Of a stretch of 41,562 nucleotides of DNA, positions 25,261 through 34,083 are shown piece by piece. The DNA lies in sequence record SRR2962707_3459. The stretch is one strand, 5' to 3'. The notes beneath the pieces were generated by a model that saw only the letters and a program-made list of their open reading frames with translations, was not told where the DNA came from and did not search any database. Positions within the stretch are counted from its first letter, which is position 1. Each line of letters begins with the position of its first letter. Made by a program: the position numbers and the translations under genes.

Positions 25261-27714
25261 TTAGGACCCTAATAAGGAAAGGTAATCCTCACACGGCATC
25301 GGTCTATAAAGGTGATAACCTTGCCCAATTAAGCAATGCCATTGCTCAAGCTGTAAGGCAACTTCTTCGCTTTCGATGCCTTCGGCGACGCTGATAATGC
25401 CCATTTCTGAGCTGAGCTGAATCATATTTCGGCAAAGAATGGCGCTGCTTTTGTCGGTCAAACTTTGGGCGACAAAAAAACGATCCACTTTCAGTTCGTT
25501 AGTCTGCAAAGCGATGAGGTTTTGCATGGAGCTGTAACCCACGCCAAAATCGTCGATGGAGAGTTTGAATCCGGCTTTATGAAAGCGATTGACGTTGTCA
25601 AACATCACCTGACTATTTTCAAAAATACTGGTTTCGGTGATTTCAATGACCAGTTGTGACGCAGGCAGTTGATAGTATTGCTGTAAGGAAATCACGCGGG
25701 CGGCAAAGCCTTCATAGAGCATGTCCAATGCAGAGATGTTTAAAGAGAGTGTTCTATTCTCAAGTAATTTTGGGTGCTGGGCAGCCCATTTAAACACTTT
25801 AAAAATTACAAAATCCGTCAGTTTACAAATCAGTCCAGCTTGTTCCGCTAAGGGAATAAATTCACCAGGGGAGACTTGGCCTAGTTGTTTGTTGTTCCAT
25901 CGTAAAAGGACTTCTCCTCCAGTGATCTCCCGTGTGGCTAAGTTTACTTGAGGTTGGATTTCAAAATACAGGCAGCCATTTTTTAGATCCTGAGTTAAGA
26001 GTGTGAGTAGGTGCAATTGATGGGCGTAATTTTGCTTAAGTGTTTGGTTAAAAGGTTGCCAGGTGTCTATGTCCACTCGACTGTGATTGCAGGCGATGAG
26101 TGCGTTTTGATACAGGGAGTCAAGTGTGTTGCTTTGCGATGGATAAAGTGCGCTGCCGATGTTGTATTGGTAATGAAAATCCAGATGACCGATTAAAATA
26201 GGGGTGTCTAAAAAACGTTGAACGGACTCAACCTGATAGCCCAGCTCCTGCTTAGATACGCAAATAAACGCCACCTTGTTGGTGGAGATGCGAACCAGCT
26301 TTCTTGTGGTGTTATTTGGCAGTGACAAAGACAGCACAGAGTCCATCTCGGCTAGGCTGTTATCCAAATTTTGTATCAAGGTTGATGTGGCTTGTTCGGC
26401 CTGATTGGGGCCGTAAGCTTGGCTGAGTTGCGAGTGGCTGGTGATTTCTATCATGACGAGGGCGATGTCGGGGTGACTCATCGACGCGAGTTTAGCTTGC
26501 AGCACTTCAAAATAATAGTAGCGATTGGGCAGGCCTGTGCTGCCATCCGTTTGAATCTTTAATGTGGTGTTGAGCTCTATTTGTTTGGCCTTATCGGTAA
26601 AAGCGATAGCAAAACCAAGTAACTCTAGGAAGTTGCAAAATGGGAGCGCGGCCTTGGTGATGTCATTAAAGGGGACGATATTCCAGTACATCATGGAGTT
26701 GATGGAGCTGCCAATGCTGACCATTATGATAGCGAAAAGGTAAAAGCGCGCCGCAATGAACCCTTCTCGGTAAGATTTTAGACCATATTGAAGGCAGAAA
26801 ATGATCATTGAAATCTGCATGATAATGAACAAAATGGCGGATATTTTTTCTGAAAAAAACACGCTTATAAGCAGGTAGGCGAAAAAGATGCAGTCGACCC
26901 AATAACGCCTACGGGTAGGCGTCCTCGCCCTCGAAGTAGGCAAGAAGCCAATCGTAAAACGGTACAAGCTCCAAGCGGCGAGCACAAACAGTGTGACCTT
27001 GCTCTCTATTAACCAGTGATGTACGAATTCAGGGAAAAACCAACGACTCGCGCCCATCATCATCGCCAGTGACAATAAAATAAAGCAGTGAAAAGCCAGA
27101 TAATAGCCAAACGCCGCATAACGAAACTGCAAAAAGATGATGAAGTTAAACGCAAGCAAAACCAAGACGCTGGTAAGGGCGATGGTCCAAAATAACGTCG
27201 TTGATAGTTTCGTGATGGCAGTGTCTGCATTTTGATGGAGCTGCAATGGTGTTAATAGTGGGCCACGGCTTTGCTTGCGAATATACAAGGTGTTGTCTTG
27301 TTCGGGTTGCAGGGTGAGTTGTATCCATATTCCATTGTAATAGGCGACTTGATTTTGCCAGGTTTGGTTCGCACCGCGACGCCAATGTTGGGTTTGTTTG
27401 CCATTCTGAAGAAAATAGAAGTCTAGGTCATCGATCAAATAATTGTTCATTTGAAGGTCAACTGTGACGGCTTTATTGGGTGTAGGGAAGTGTATTTTGT
27501 GCCATATGACATGGTCAGAAAAGCGTTGCGACGCCTTGTAATTGGCTTTATCAAAGGGGGCTTTGCTGAAAATAAAGGGCAGTGAATCCTTGTCTTTCTG
27601 CACATAAGTGGGCAGGGAAGACAAAACCACTTTGTCTACATCATAGGCTTGTGCGTACGAGCCAAAAAGCAACGCAAATAAAAAGAGAAAAAACTTCATC
27701 CAATTGAGTCCCAA
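25261..27714 (-). CDS. 7TM-DISM-type sensor with a degenerate GGDEF domain and an EAL phosphodiesterase domain
   Basis: Signal peptide, periplasmic domain, about 7 TM segments, GLPNR; GGDEF position reads ISTNK; EVLLRW, IEITE, DDFGVGYSS, AEGIE, GQG. Confidence 0.88.
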   Translation of the reverse strand: MGLNWMKFFLFLFALLFGSYAQAYDVDKVVLSSLPTYVQKDKDSLPFIFSKAPFDKANYKASQRFSDHVIWHKIHFPTPNKAVTVDLQMNNYLIDDLDFYFLQNGKQTQHWRRGANQTWQNQVAYYNGIWIQLTLQPEQDNTLYIRKQSRGPLLTPLQLHQNADTAITKLSTTLFWTIALTSVLVLLAFNFIIFLQFRYAAFGYYLAFHCFILLSLAMMMGASRWFFPEFVHHWLIESKVTLFVLAAWSLYRFTIGFLPTSRARTPTRRRYWVDCIFFAYLLISVFFSEKISAILFIIMQISMIIFCLQYGLKSYREGFIAARFYLFAIIMVSIGSSINSMMYWNIVPFNDITKAALPFCNFLELLGFAIAFTDKAKQIELNTTLKIQTDGSTGLPNRYYYFEVLQAKLASMSHPDIALVMIEITSHSQLSQAYGPNQAEQATSTLIQNLDNSLAEMDSVLSLSLPNNTTRKLVRISTNKVAFICVSKQELGYQVESVQRFLDTPILIGHLDFHYQYNIGSALYPSQSNTLDSLYQNALIACNHSRVDIDTWQPFNQTLKQNYAHQLHLLTLLTQDLKNGCLYFEIQPQVNLATREITGGEVLLRWNNKQLGQVSPGEFIPLAEQAGLICKLTDFVIFKVFKWAAQHPKLLENRTLSLNISALDMLYEGFAARVISLQQYYQLPASQLVIEITETSIFENSQVMFDNVNRFHKAGFKLSIDDFGVGYSSMQNLIALQTNELKVDRFFVAQSLTDKSSAILCRNMIQLSSEMGIISVAEGIESEEVALQLEQWHCLIGQGYHLYRPMPCEDYLSLLGS

Positions 27715-27861
27715 AGATCCTTATGCTGTGAAATACGTGGTTCTTATCGCAAAACCCTTTACCGATTATTCTATTTCGAGAAATGAATCTTCTTGCATTC
27801 CAATCCTGTTTCTTAAACCATAGTAGATATATCGCTATTTGCTTTAAAAATTGGACAAATT

Positions 27862-28344
27862 ATGAACGACACACTTACTCATTTAGATCAACAGGGCAAT
27901 GCCCATATGGTTGATGTGTCTGAGAAAAACATCACTAAACGTACAGCAACAGCGCAAGCTATTGTCACCATGAAACCAGAAACCCTGACTAAAATTGTGG
28001 AGGGAGGGTTGCCCAAAGGCGATGTGATCGCTACGGCGCGCATTGCAGGTATTCAGGCTGCGAAAAAAACCTCGGATTTGATTCCTTTGTGTCACCCTTT
28101 GATGTTGAGCAAAGTCAGTGTAGACATCGCTATTTTGAATGACACTGACATTCAGATCTTGTGTACTTGCGCACTGAGTGGCAAAACCGGCGTTGAGATG
28201 GAAGCCTTAACTGGCGCCAGTGTAACAGCATTGACCCTGTACGACATGTGTAAAGCGGTCGACAAAGGCATCGTAGTGAAAGAAATCTGCTTGCTTGAAA
28301 AGCACGGCGGTAAAAGTGGCGACTGGAGCAAAAGTAATGACTAA
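27862..28344 (+). CDS. moaC: Cyclic pyranopterin monophosphate synthase MoaC
   Basis: [31 protein letters not shown]. Confidence 0.97.
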   Translation: MNDTLTHLDQQGNAHMVDVSEKNITKRTATAQAIVTMKPETLTKIVEGGLPKGDVIATARIAGIQAAKKTSDLIPLCHPLMLSKVSVDIAILNDTDIQILCTCALSGKTGVEMEALTGASVTALTLYDMCKAVDKGIVVKEICLLEKHGGKSGDWSKSND

Positions 28345-28591
28345 GCTGACCGTGGTCTTTTTTGCGTCTCTAAAAGAGTCGTTGGCAATCGGTCAGTATC
28401 AGGTGGTTGGTGACTTTCCTATGTCAGTAAAGGCGCTTAAGCAAATGTTAGCGTCTGAACTTGAAAATGGCGACGCGCTGCTGGCTGCCGGTATTCAGTC
28501 GTCTGTCGATTATGAATTTGCTCGTGATACTGACATGATTTCAAACACCGCAAAAGAAGTGGCTTTTTTCCCACCTGTTACGGGAGGATAA
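28337..28591 (+). CDS. moaD: Molybdopterin synthase sulfur carrier MoaD
   Basis: FFASLKE and C-terminal [14 protein letters not shown] overlaps the end of moaC. Confidence 0.95.
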   Translation: MTKLTVVFFASLKESLAIGQYQVVGDFPMSVKALKQMLASELENGDALLAAGIQSSVDYEFARDTDMISNTAKEVAFFPPVTGG

Positions 28592-28592
28592 A

Positions 28593-29039
28593 ATGATTTC
28601 TGTTCAAGAAGAAGATTTTAACGTCGCTGAACTGTATCAAGCACTCCTAGTTGCAAATAAAACCGGCGCTGTCGCCATGTTTGTGGGTTTGGTGAGGGAG
28701 TTTTCAGATCTTGCTCCTGAGGACTGTGCCTTTGAGCTAGAGCATTATCCAGGCATGACAGAACACAATTTGCAAAGCATAGTGGATGACGCTAAGTCAC
28801 GCTGGGCATTGCAAGAGGTTCGCGTGGTGCATCGTGTTGGACGCTTGTCGGTAAATGATCAAATTGTGTTTGTTGGGGTGAGTTCATCCCATCGTGCTGA
28901 AGCCTTTCAAGCGTGTGACTTTATTATGGATTATTTAAAGAGTCGTGCCGCTTTCTGGAAGAAAGAAACCCAAGGTGATCATGCTCAGTGGGTTGAAGCC
29001 AATGAAAAGGACAGTGCAAGCCTAGATCGTTGGTCATGA
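28593..29039 (+). CDS. moaE: Molybdopterin synthase catalytic subunit MoaE
   Basis: GAVAMFVGLVR, LEHYPGMT, HRVG, MDYLKSRAAFWKKE. Confidence 0.96.
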   Translation: MISVQEEDFNVAELYQALLVANKTGAVAMFVGLVREFSDLAPEDCAFELEHYPGMTEHNLQSIVDDAKSRWALQEVRVVHRVGRLSVNDQIVFVGVSSSHRAEAFQACDFIMDYLKSRAAFWKKETQGDHAQWVEANEKDSASLDRWS

Positions 29040-29064
29040 TCTAGGCGGACACTCACTGATTAGC

Positions 29065-30312
29065 CTAGTGTGGTCGCAATGTTTTCTTGCGGCCACTGGC
29101 GTGTCTTTCTCGATACTCTGTGTCTATGTAGCGGTCGGTTGTCGCCATGCTGGCGTGCCCCGCATCTTCTCGAACGTGTTCCTTCGGTCGTGTTTTTACA
29201 TCTTCTGAGATGCCTGTGTGACGCAGCCAGTGAACCGTTGCAACGCGAAGGTCATCGGCGTCTGTGCGCATGCCATCTTCACACATTCTTTCATAGGCTT
29301 GATCGAAGCAGAACTGAACAATGTTTCTGACTTGCCGTGAGCTGGTCATTGGGCCTTGTCCGCGGTTTTTAGGGATCAGAGGGGTGTTTTCGGCAATCGT
29401 CGGCATGTCAGGCAAATCTCGAAAGCGACGGTAACGAACCAGTGCCGTTAACATGTCGTCGGAGACGGCAATAAGCCTTTCTTTGTTGCCTTTAGAAAGG
29501 ACTTTAAACCACCAATGACCGTCTGTGTCCTTGGTGAAGTCTCCCATGATGGGCGCTGAGCGTTCATCGGCCACCAACTCAGAAATTCGCAGGTACATGC
29601 CCAAGAGCGCGTTCATAATGAACAGGGTGCGTTCATGCATGTTGGGGTCTTCTTCTGCGAGCAATTCCGCGGTTTCAATCACATAGTCCCACTGCAAATT
29701 CGAAATGCGGCGCACTTGACGGCGTGTCACTTCTTTTTTGACGAATTTACTTTTCTGGCGGATCAAGGCCACTGGGTTTTGTTGCACGGCTTCTTCTTGC
29801 ATAAGAAAGCCATAGTACGAGGATAAAATGGAAAAGGTTGCTCGTATCGCTGCTTGAGAGAGGGAGTGCTGTTTTGTTACCGGTACTTCGCCATTCTTAA
29901 ACTCAAGCTTGCTGATGTGGCTAACAAAGGGTCTCCATTGCTTGTTTGGCACTCGTGTTCCCATGTGCAATTTAAAGCGAGCGACGTTTTTGGTGCCAAT
30001 CCACTCTTCAGGAGGGGAAATACAAAAATGAATAAATTCTTCTATTTGATCGCGACGCAAATGCGTAGTCGGTGAAGATTGAACGTACCATGACCACAGT
30101 AAAAGGCGTTCTACTTCTCTACGGTAAGCGTTAAACGTCGCCTGTGAGCCGTTGTAGCTGTAGATAAAGCAAAGGGCGAGTTGTAAGTCTCGCTTAAAGT
30201 CGGGGTTTTTAAGTAGCGGTGTCCCTGCTGCCATCTCAGCCGCAATGCTATCGAACTGTGTGAATGGGTTGGGAAGGTGTTCTAAATTGTCTATTAAAGC
30301 AGCTGGCGTCAT
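29065..30312 (-). CDS. Tyrosine recombinase/integrase with an intact catalytic set
   Basis: LRISEL (R), SKGNK (K), HWLRH (HxxR), AGH (H), TTDRY (Y); N-terminal core-binding region YRREVERL. Confidence 0.92.
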   Translation of the reverse strand: MTPAALIDNLEHLPNPFTQFDSIAAEMAAGTPLLKNPDFKRDLQLALCFIYSYNGSQATFNAYRREVERLLLWSWYVQSSPTTHLRRDQIEEFIHFCISPPEEWIGTKNVARFKLHMGTRVPNKQWRPFVSHISKLEFKNGEVPVTKQHSLSQAAIRATFSILSSYYGFLMQEEAVQQNPVALIRQKSKFVKKEVTRRQVRRISNLQWDYVIETAELLAEEDPNMHERTLFIMNALLGMYLRISELVADERSAPIMGDFTKDTDGHWWFKVLSKGNKERLIAVSDDMLTALVRYRRFRDLPDMPTIAENTPLIPKNRGQGPMTSSRQVRNIVQFCFDQAYERMCEDGMRTDADDLRVATVHWLRHTGISEDVKTRPKEHVREDAGHASMATTDRYIDTEYRERHASGRKKTLRPH

Positions 30313-30878
30313 GATTTTACTTTATATGAAAGTTGTCGTAAGCGTAGCAAAAAAGTTCTTCTTACCATCATAAATGACTCTCTTTTTGATTCCTATACTA
30401 TTTCCAACAATTACTTTATGGATGGGCTGGCTGATGGCGATGTTTGCACAGACCGCTGTTTTATTAAGCAGGGGTTGTGTAGAAAATCTAAAAAGGAGAG
30501 GGTGTTTTTAGCGGGTGTGTTTTATTTTTTACATTGTGCAATAACGATGACAAATAAGGATGAAGTTTTTAAAAAAGATGATCTCGTTTTCTTTTTTTCC
30601 TGCCTGTACTTAAGGGGCATTTTTGTCAGTGTTAAGGTGTTCTTATGTGCCTAATAATGTGCCTAGATCGGTATTTTTAGGGAAATGGTCATGAATGTTG
30701 CGTTTCTATCTTGCGCGTGCGTTTCTTTTGTGGGTACGAAAGAGTGAGTTGGCTTCAATAGATTCTCAATGGGCGGAAAGAGCGCACTATTTATCAAATG
30801 GTCCATCTGTTTTTTCTTTTTGTGTGTGTCTGCGGCGGTCTTTTCTGATCTTATTTTGCACAATCTTGCACGTTAATG

Positions 30879-30945
30879 TGAATAGTTGAATGTAAAAAGA
30901 AACCCACTGTCGCGACCTATTTATTTCTTTTGGTGATGGTATTAT
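30879..30945 (+). promoter_or_regulatory. Conserved promoter module, copy 1 (18-bp box plus extended -10)
   Basis: TGAATAGTTGAATGTAAA (30879-30896), CTATTTATTT (30917-30926), TGATGGTATTAT (30934-30945); all recur exactly 709 bp downstream. Confidence 0.7.
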
Positions 30946-31006
30946 CTCGCTTATAGAAATTAGGCATTCAGATATGCCGTATTGAAGAATATCGAAGGAG
31001 AGACAA

Positions 31007-31255
31007 GTGACTACTTTTACTAAAAGCGCATTCGCTTTTTTGGCGGCCTCTGCAATGGCGTCCGCCGCTTTGGCATCCACTGGTGATGTAGGTTACGGCA
31101 GTGTCCACCGTGCACAAGCGGACATTGGCTCTTTAGAAGCAAAAATTTCCAACATTGAAGTCAGCGTAGACACCAATGCTGCTTTTACTTTAAGAGACGA
31201 TATGCCTTTGCATATGAATGGGAAAATTCAATTTGTTCAGAACCAGCTGAACTAA
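31007..31255 (+). CDS. Small secreted hypothetical protein, paralogue 1
   Basis: AAGGAG SD, GTG start, Sec signal ending ALA; similar to 31716..31997. Confidence 0.8.
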   Translation: MTTFTKSAFAFLAASAMASAALASTGDVGYGSVHRAQADIGSLEAKISNIEVSVDTNAAFTLRDDMPLHMNGKIQFVQNQLN

Positions 31256-31587
31256 TACCGCCGTTTAGAAAAAGTGTTTATTTTAAAAAGGTTTGATCTT
31301 GAAAAGGATTGAGCCTTTTTTATGTTCGCTTCCCCTCTATTTCACATCGCTCTGCATGTTTAACTTGTTTTAGATTTATTATTTATTCTGCTGATGCGGT
31401 TTTTATAAATCTTGCGAATTTAAATGTGCCTTTGATTTTTTGTAAAAATACCCTCCTTTCTAAATGTGTCATAAATGATGCAAGAAATTACATTGTTTAT
31501 TATTTTCTTACTTTTCGTGTACACTTTTTTATATTGTAAGAAGCTAGATCAAAAAGTGCTCATTTCTATAGAAATTTCAGATTAGTT

Positions 31588-31654
31588 TGAATAGTTGAAT
31601 GTAAAGTGACACCGTTCTTTCGTCTCTATTTATTTTTTTATTTGATGATATTAT
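31588..31654 (+). promoter_or_regulatory. Conserved promoter module, copy 2
   Basis: TGAATAGTTGAATGTAAA (31588-31605), CTATTTATTT (31626-31635), TGATGATATTAT (31643-31654). Confidence 0.7.
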
Positions 31655-31715
31655 TTACCACATCGAAACACAGTGAATATTAATCACTTAATAGAATGTA
31701 TCAAAGGAGATATAT

Positions 31716-31997
31716 ATGAACACTTTTACGAAAAGCGCACTGACTGTTCTTGCTGCCGCTTCCATTGCTTCTGTTGCTGTCGCAGCACCAGGTGACAGTA
31801 CTTATGGCAACATCACTAAAGCACAAGCGCAAATCAACTCTCTTGAGTCTCAGCTAAGCAGTGAAGGCGTTGCTGTCGAAATGAATGCAGATACTAACGC
31901 TGCGATTTCTCCTACTGAGAAAGCCGCTGACTTGAATAAACAAGTGAGAAGCCTACAGCATCAACTAGATGCGTTGAAAACTCAGCGTTCTGAATAA
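31716..31997 (+). CDS. Small secreted hypothetical protein, paralogue 2
   Basis: AAAGGAGA SD, Sec signal ending AVA, two predicted amphipathic helices. Confidence 0.85.
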   Translation: MNTFTKSALTVLAAASIASVAVAAPGDSTYGNITKAQAQINSLESQLSSEGVAVEMNADTNAAISPTEKAADLNKQVRSLQHQLDALKTQRSE

Positions 31998-32081
31998 TAG
32001 CGTTTAGAGTAAGGGGTCAGGAAAGAGCGAGATGTAGGTTCTTTCCTGATGTCATTCACGGCATATATTATGGGGCTTTTA

Positions 32082-32369
32082 ATGCAGATGAAAAAACTAT
32101 TATTACCAATGCTAGCATTAGTGTTGAGTACTAATTTATATGCATCAAACAGCGCGCAATATAATGATCGCCTTATTCAGGATCGTGCGCAGCTTAAACA
32201 GCTTGTTATGCAATTAAAGCAGTTGGGTGTTCATGTTGAATCGACGCTTCAACCTGGTGCATTGACGTCAAAAATGGAAGAGCATGCTGTGCTACAAGCC
32301 AAAATCGTACATTTCCAAAAAAAACTTAGAGAGGTAATGAACGCACCTCATATCGCTTGTATTGAGTGA
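32082..32369 (+). CDS. Small secreted hypothetical protein, divergent paralogue 3
   Basis: MKKLLL... signal ending LYA; AQLKQL..QL..LGVHVE aligns with AQINSL..QL..EGVAVE of paralogue 2. Confidence 0.7.
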   Translation: MQMKKLLLPMLALVLSTNLYASNSAQYNDRLIQDRAQLKQLVMQLKQLGVHVESTLQPGALTSKMEEHAVLQAKIVHFQKKLREVMNAPHIACIE

Positions 32370-32378
32370 TCTTCGTTA

Positions 32379-33806
32379 TCAATCATTAATGTCCGCGTTT
32401 TTTTCCACCTCTTTAATTCGATCAAAATATTCTTGAGTGTTTTTCAGTATCTCTTTGTCTTGTAACGAGATATCCTTTTCTGCGCGTTTTAATAATCGCT
32501 CTGCTTGTTTGTCTTTCCCTTGGCTGAATTCAAATTGCGCCTTGTAATTAAGCGCCATTGGTATGTTGTTAATGCCTTGGTAATAATTCATATAGGCTTG
32601 CCACATCAGCTTACGTTGATACAAATAAGGCGTTTTTCTCTCTTGTGGTTTGCTGTGCGTCAGTTCGGCATACAGGGTTGAGAACAAAATATCTTTCGGC
32701 GCTAAATTAAGTTGTGCGCGTGTTAGTGCTAGCGCCTTGTCATCCTGGTTGTCTGCCTTTAGCGCACTGACTAATAAATATTGGGTGAAGCGATTGTGCG
32801 TGCTTAGCTTTGTTAAATACGTCAGCGCTTTTTTAGGGGATTGATCCAAGTAATTCAATAACGCAAAAGCAAAGTTAGCGATGTCTGAGCCAGCATCAGG
32901 AACAGAGTGAGCCAAATACTGATAAGGGTCGTCTGCTAGGGTGGCTCGATAGGTTAGTAGTGTGGCTCGAAAGTAATTAAAGTCATCATCATGAGTGCTT
33001 TCAAGAATGCTTTTAGGGGACTCCATTGACAAAGAATCGGCCATTCGAGTCTGTGGCAAAGGATGGCTTGAGAGAAACTCTAACTCTGGTCGCCCGATAG
33101 ACGCTTTTGCTAATCCGTTAAAGAGTTCATTCATGCCTTGAGGGTTCAAACCTGCTTCCACTAAATACTGTCGTCCATGGCGATCTGCTTCCTGCTCTTG
33201 GGCACGACTGTAGGTGAGGAGACCATCCGCTTGGTTGGCCATACCGCCGATCCAGAGTGCCGCGCTGGCATCGGGGTCAGCACCCGCCAGTGCGGCCGCA
33301 AAGCCTGCACCAATCAGTAGTAAGTTTTTATTGAATTCTTCGCTAGAGTGCTGCGTTTGTCTTTCGTAATGATTTAAATCTAAGTGAGCCACCTCGTGAG
33401 CCAGCAAGCCATAGAGCATGTCTTCATTCGTAATCATTTCCATGATGTCTGAATAAATGAATAAATGGTTCCCTGGAATGACGAATGCGTTGGTTTGCGT
33501 GCTGTTGAGTAATGTCATTTCAACCATTTTATTGTATAGGCTGGTTTGGGGCAGGATATGAGATAATGCCTCTTTTAAATAATCATAGGCAGGGGGGAAA
33601 TTGATAACAGAAGCGCTGCCGTTTAGTTTCCTAAACCAATGCTGTCCAACCACGTAACTTGGGTTGGCTAATGAACGTTCATCTTTGGTGGCCGTTAAGT
33701 CTGGTAAGACTGAGTAGGCTGGATTTGAAAAAGTAATAGAAAAAACAACAAACAAGATACTGAACTTAGTTGTAACGTTAGAAAATAGTCTCATAATATG
33801 GCACAT
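32379..33806 (-). CDS. M48 family metalloprotease with a TPR-like C-terminus (BepA/YfgC-like)
   Basis: NAFVIPG, HEVAH zinc motif, YSRAQEQEADR, EFLSSHP; start may be 33794. Confidence 0.9.
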   Translation of the reverse strand: MCHIMRLFSNVTTKFSILFVVFSITFSNPAYSVLPDLTATKDERSLANPSYVVGQHWFRKLNGSASVINFPPAYDYLKEALSHILPQTSLYNKMVEMTLLNSTQTNAFVIPGNHLFIYSDIMEMITNEDMLYGLLAHEVAHLDLNHYERQTQHSSEEFNKNLLLIGAGFAAALAGADPDASAALWIGGMANQADGLLTYSRAQEQEADRHGRQYLVEAGLNPQGMNELFNGLAKASIGRPELEFLSSHPLPQTRMADSLSMESPKSILESTHDDDFNYFRATLLTYRATLADDPYQYLAHSVPDAGSDIANFAFALLNYLDQSPKKALTYLTKLSTHNRFTQYLLVSALKADNQDDKALALTRAQLNLAPKDILFSTLYAELTHSKPQERKTPYLYQRKLMWQAYMNYYQGINNIPMALNYKAQFEFSQGKDKQAERLLKRAEKDISLQDKEILKNTQEYFDRIKEVEKNADIND

Positions 33807-33827
33807 ATACTCATCGTGGAGATGCGA

Positions 33828-34073
33828 ATGGTTGTCAAGAGTTGTTACGAGTATGACGTAATATTAGATGCAAGAGAAGATCGTTGCCCAATGCCGTTGC
33901 TAAAGACCAAAATGGCATTGAATAAAATGGCATCGGGTGACTGTTTATGTGTCATGACCGAAGACGCTGGGTCACTAAAAGATATTCCGCATTATTTTAC
34001 GATTGTTGGGCATACTCTGCTCAATCAAGAAGAGAAAAACGGCGTATTTACCTTTATTGTTCAAAAAAAATAA
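33828..34073 (+). CDS. TusA/SirA family sulfurtransferase
   Basis: LDARE.RCPMPLLK (CPxP motif), DAGSLKDIP; GGAG SD before ATG 33828. Confidence 0.88.
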   Translation: MVVKSCYEYDVILDAREDRCPMPLLKTKMALNKMASGDCLCVMTEDAGSLKDIPHYFTIVGHTLLNQEEKNGVFTFIVQKK

Positions 34074-34083
34074 GACGGACTCT

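Noticed and set aside
27715-27861. Moco riboswitch upstream of moaC
   Set aside because: Short AT-rich divergent promoter region with no visible multi-stem structure; an Rfam covariance search would be decisive
30313-31006. dif site, integron attI/attC, or invertible-segment repeats next to the recombinase
   Set aside because: No dif consensus, no attC-like palindromes and no flanking inverted repeats found by eye; the protein does not resemble IntI
30418-31539. Short ORFs 30418-30654, 30663-30863, 30695-30889, 30787-31080 and 31309-31539
   Set aside because: Low-complexity products of AT-rich regulatory DNA or antisense shadows; no convincing SD or domain
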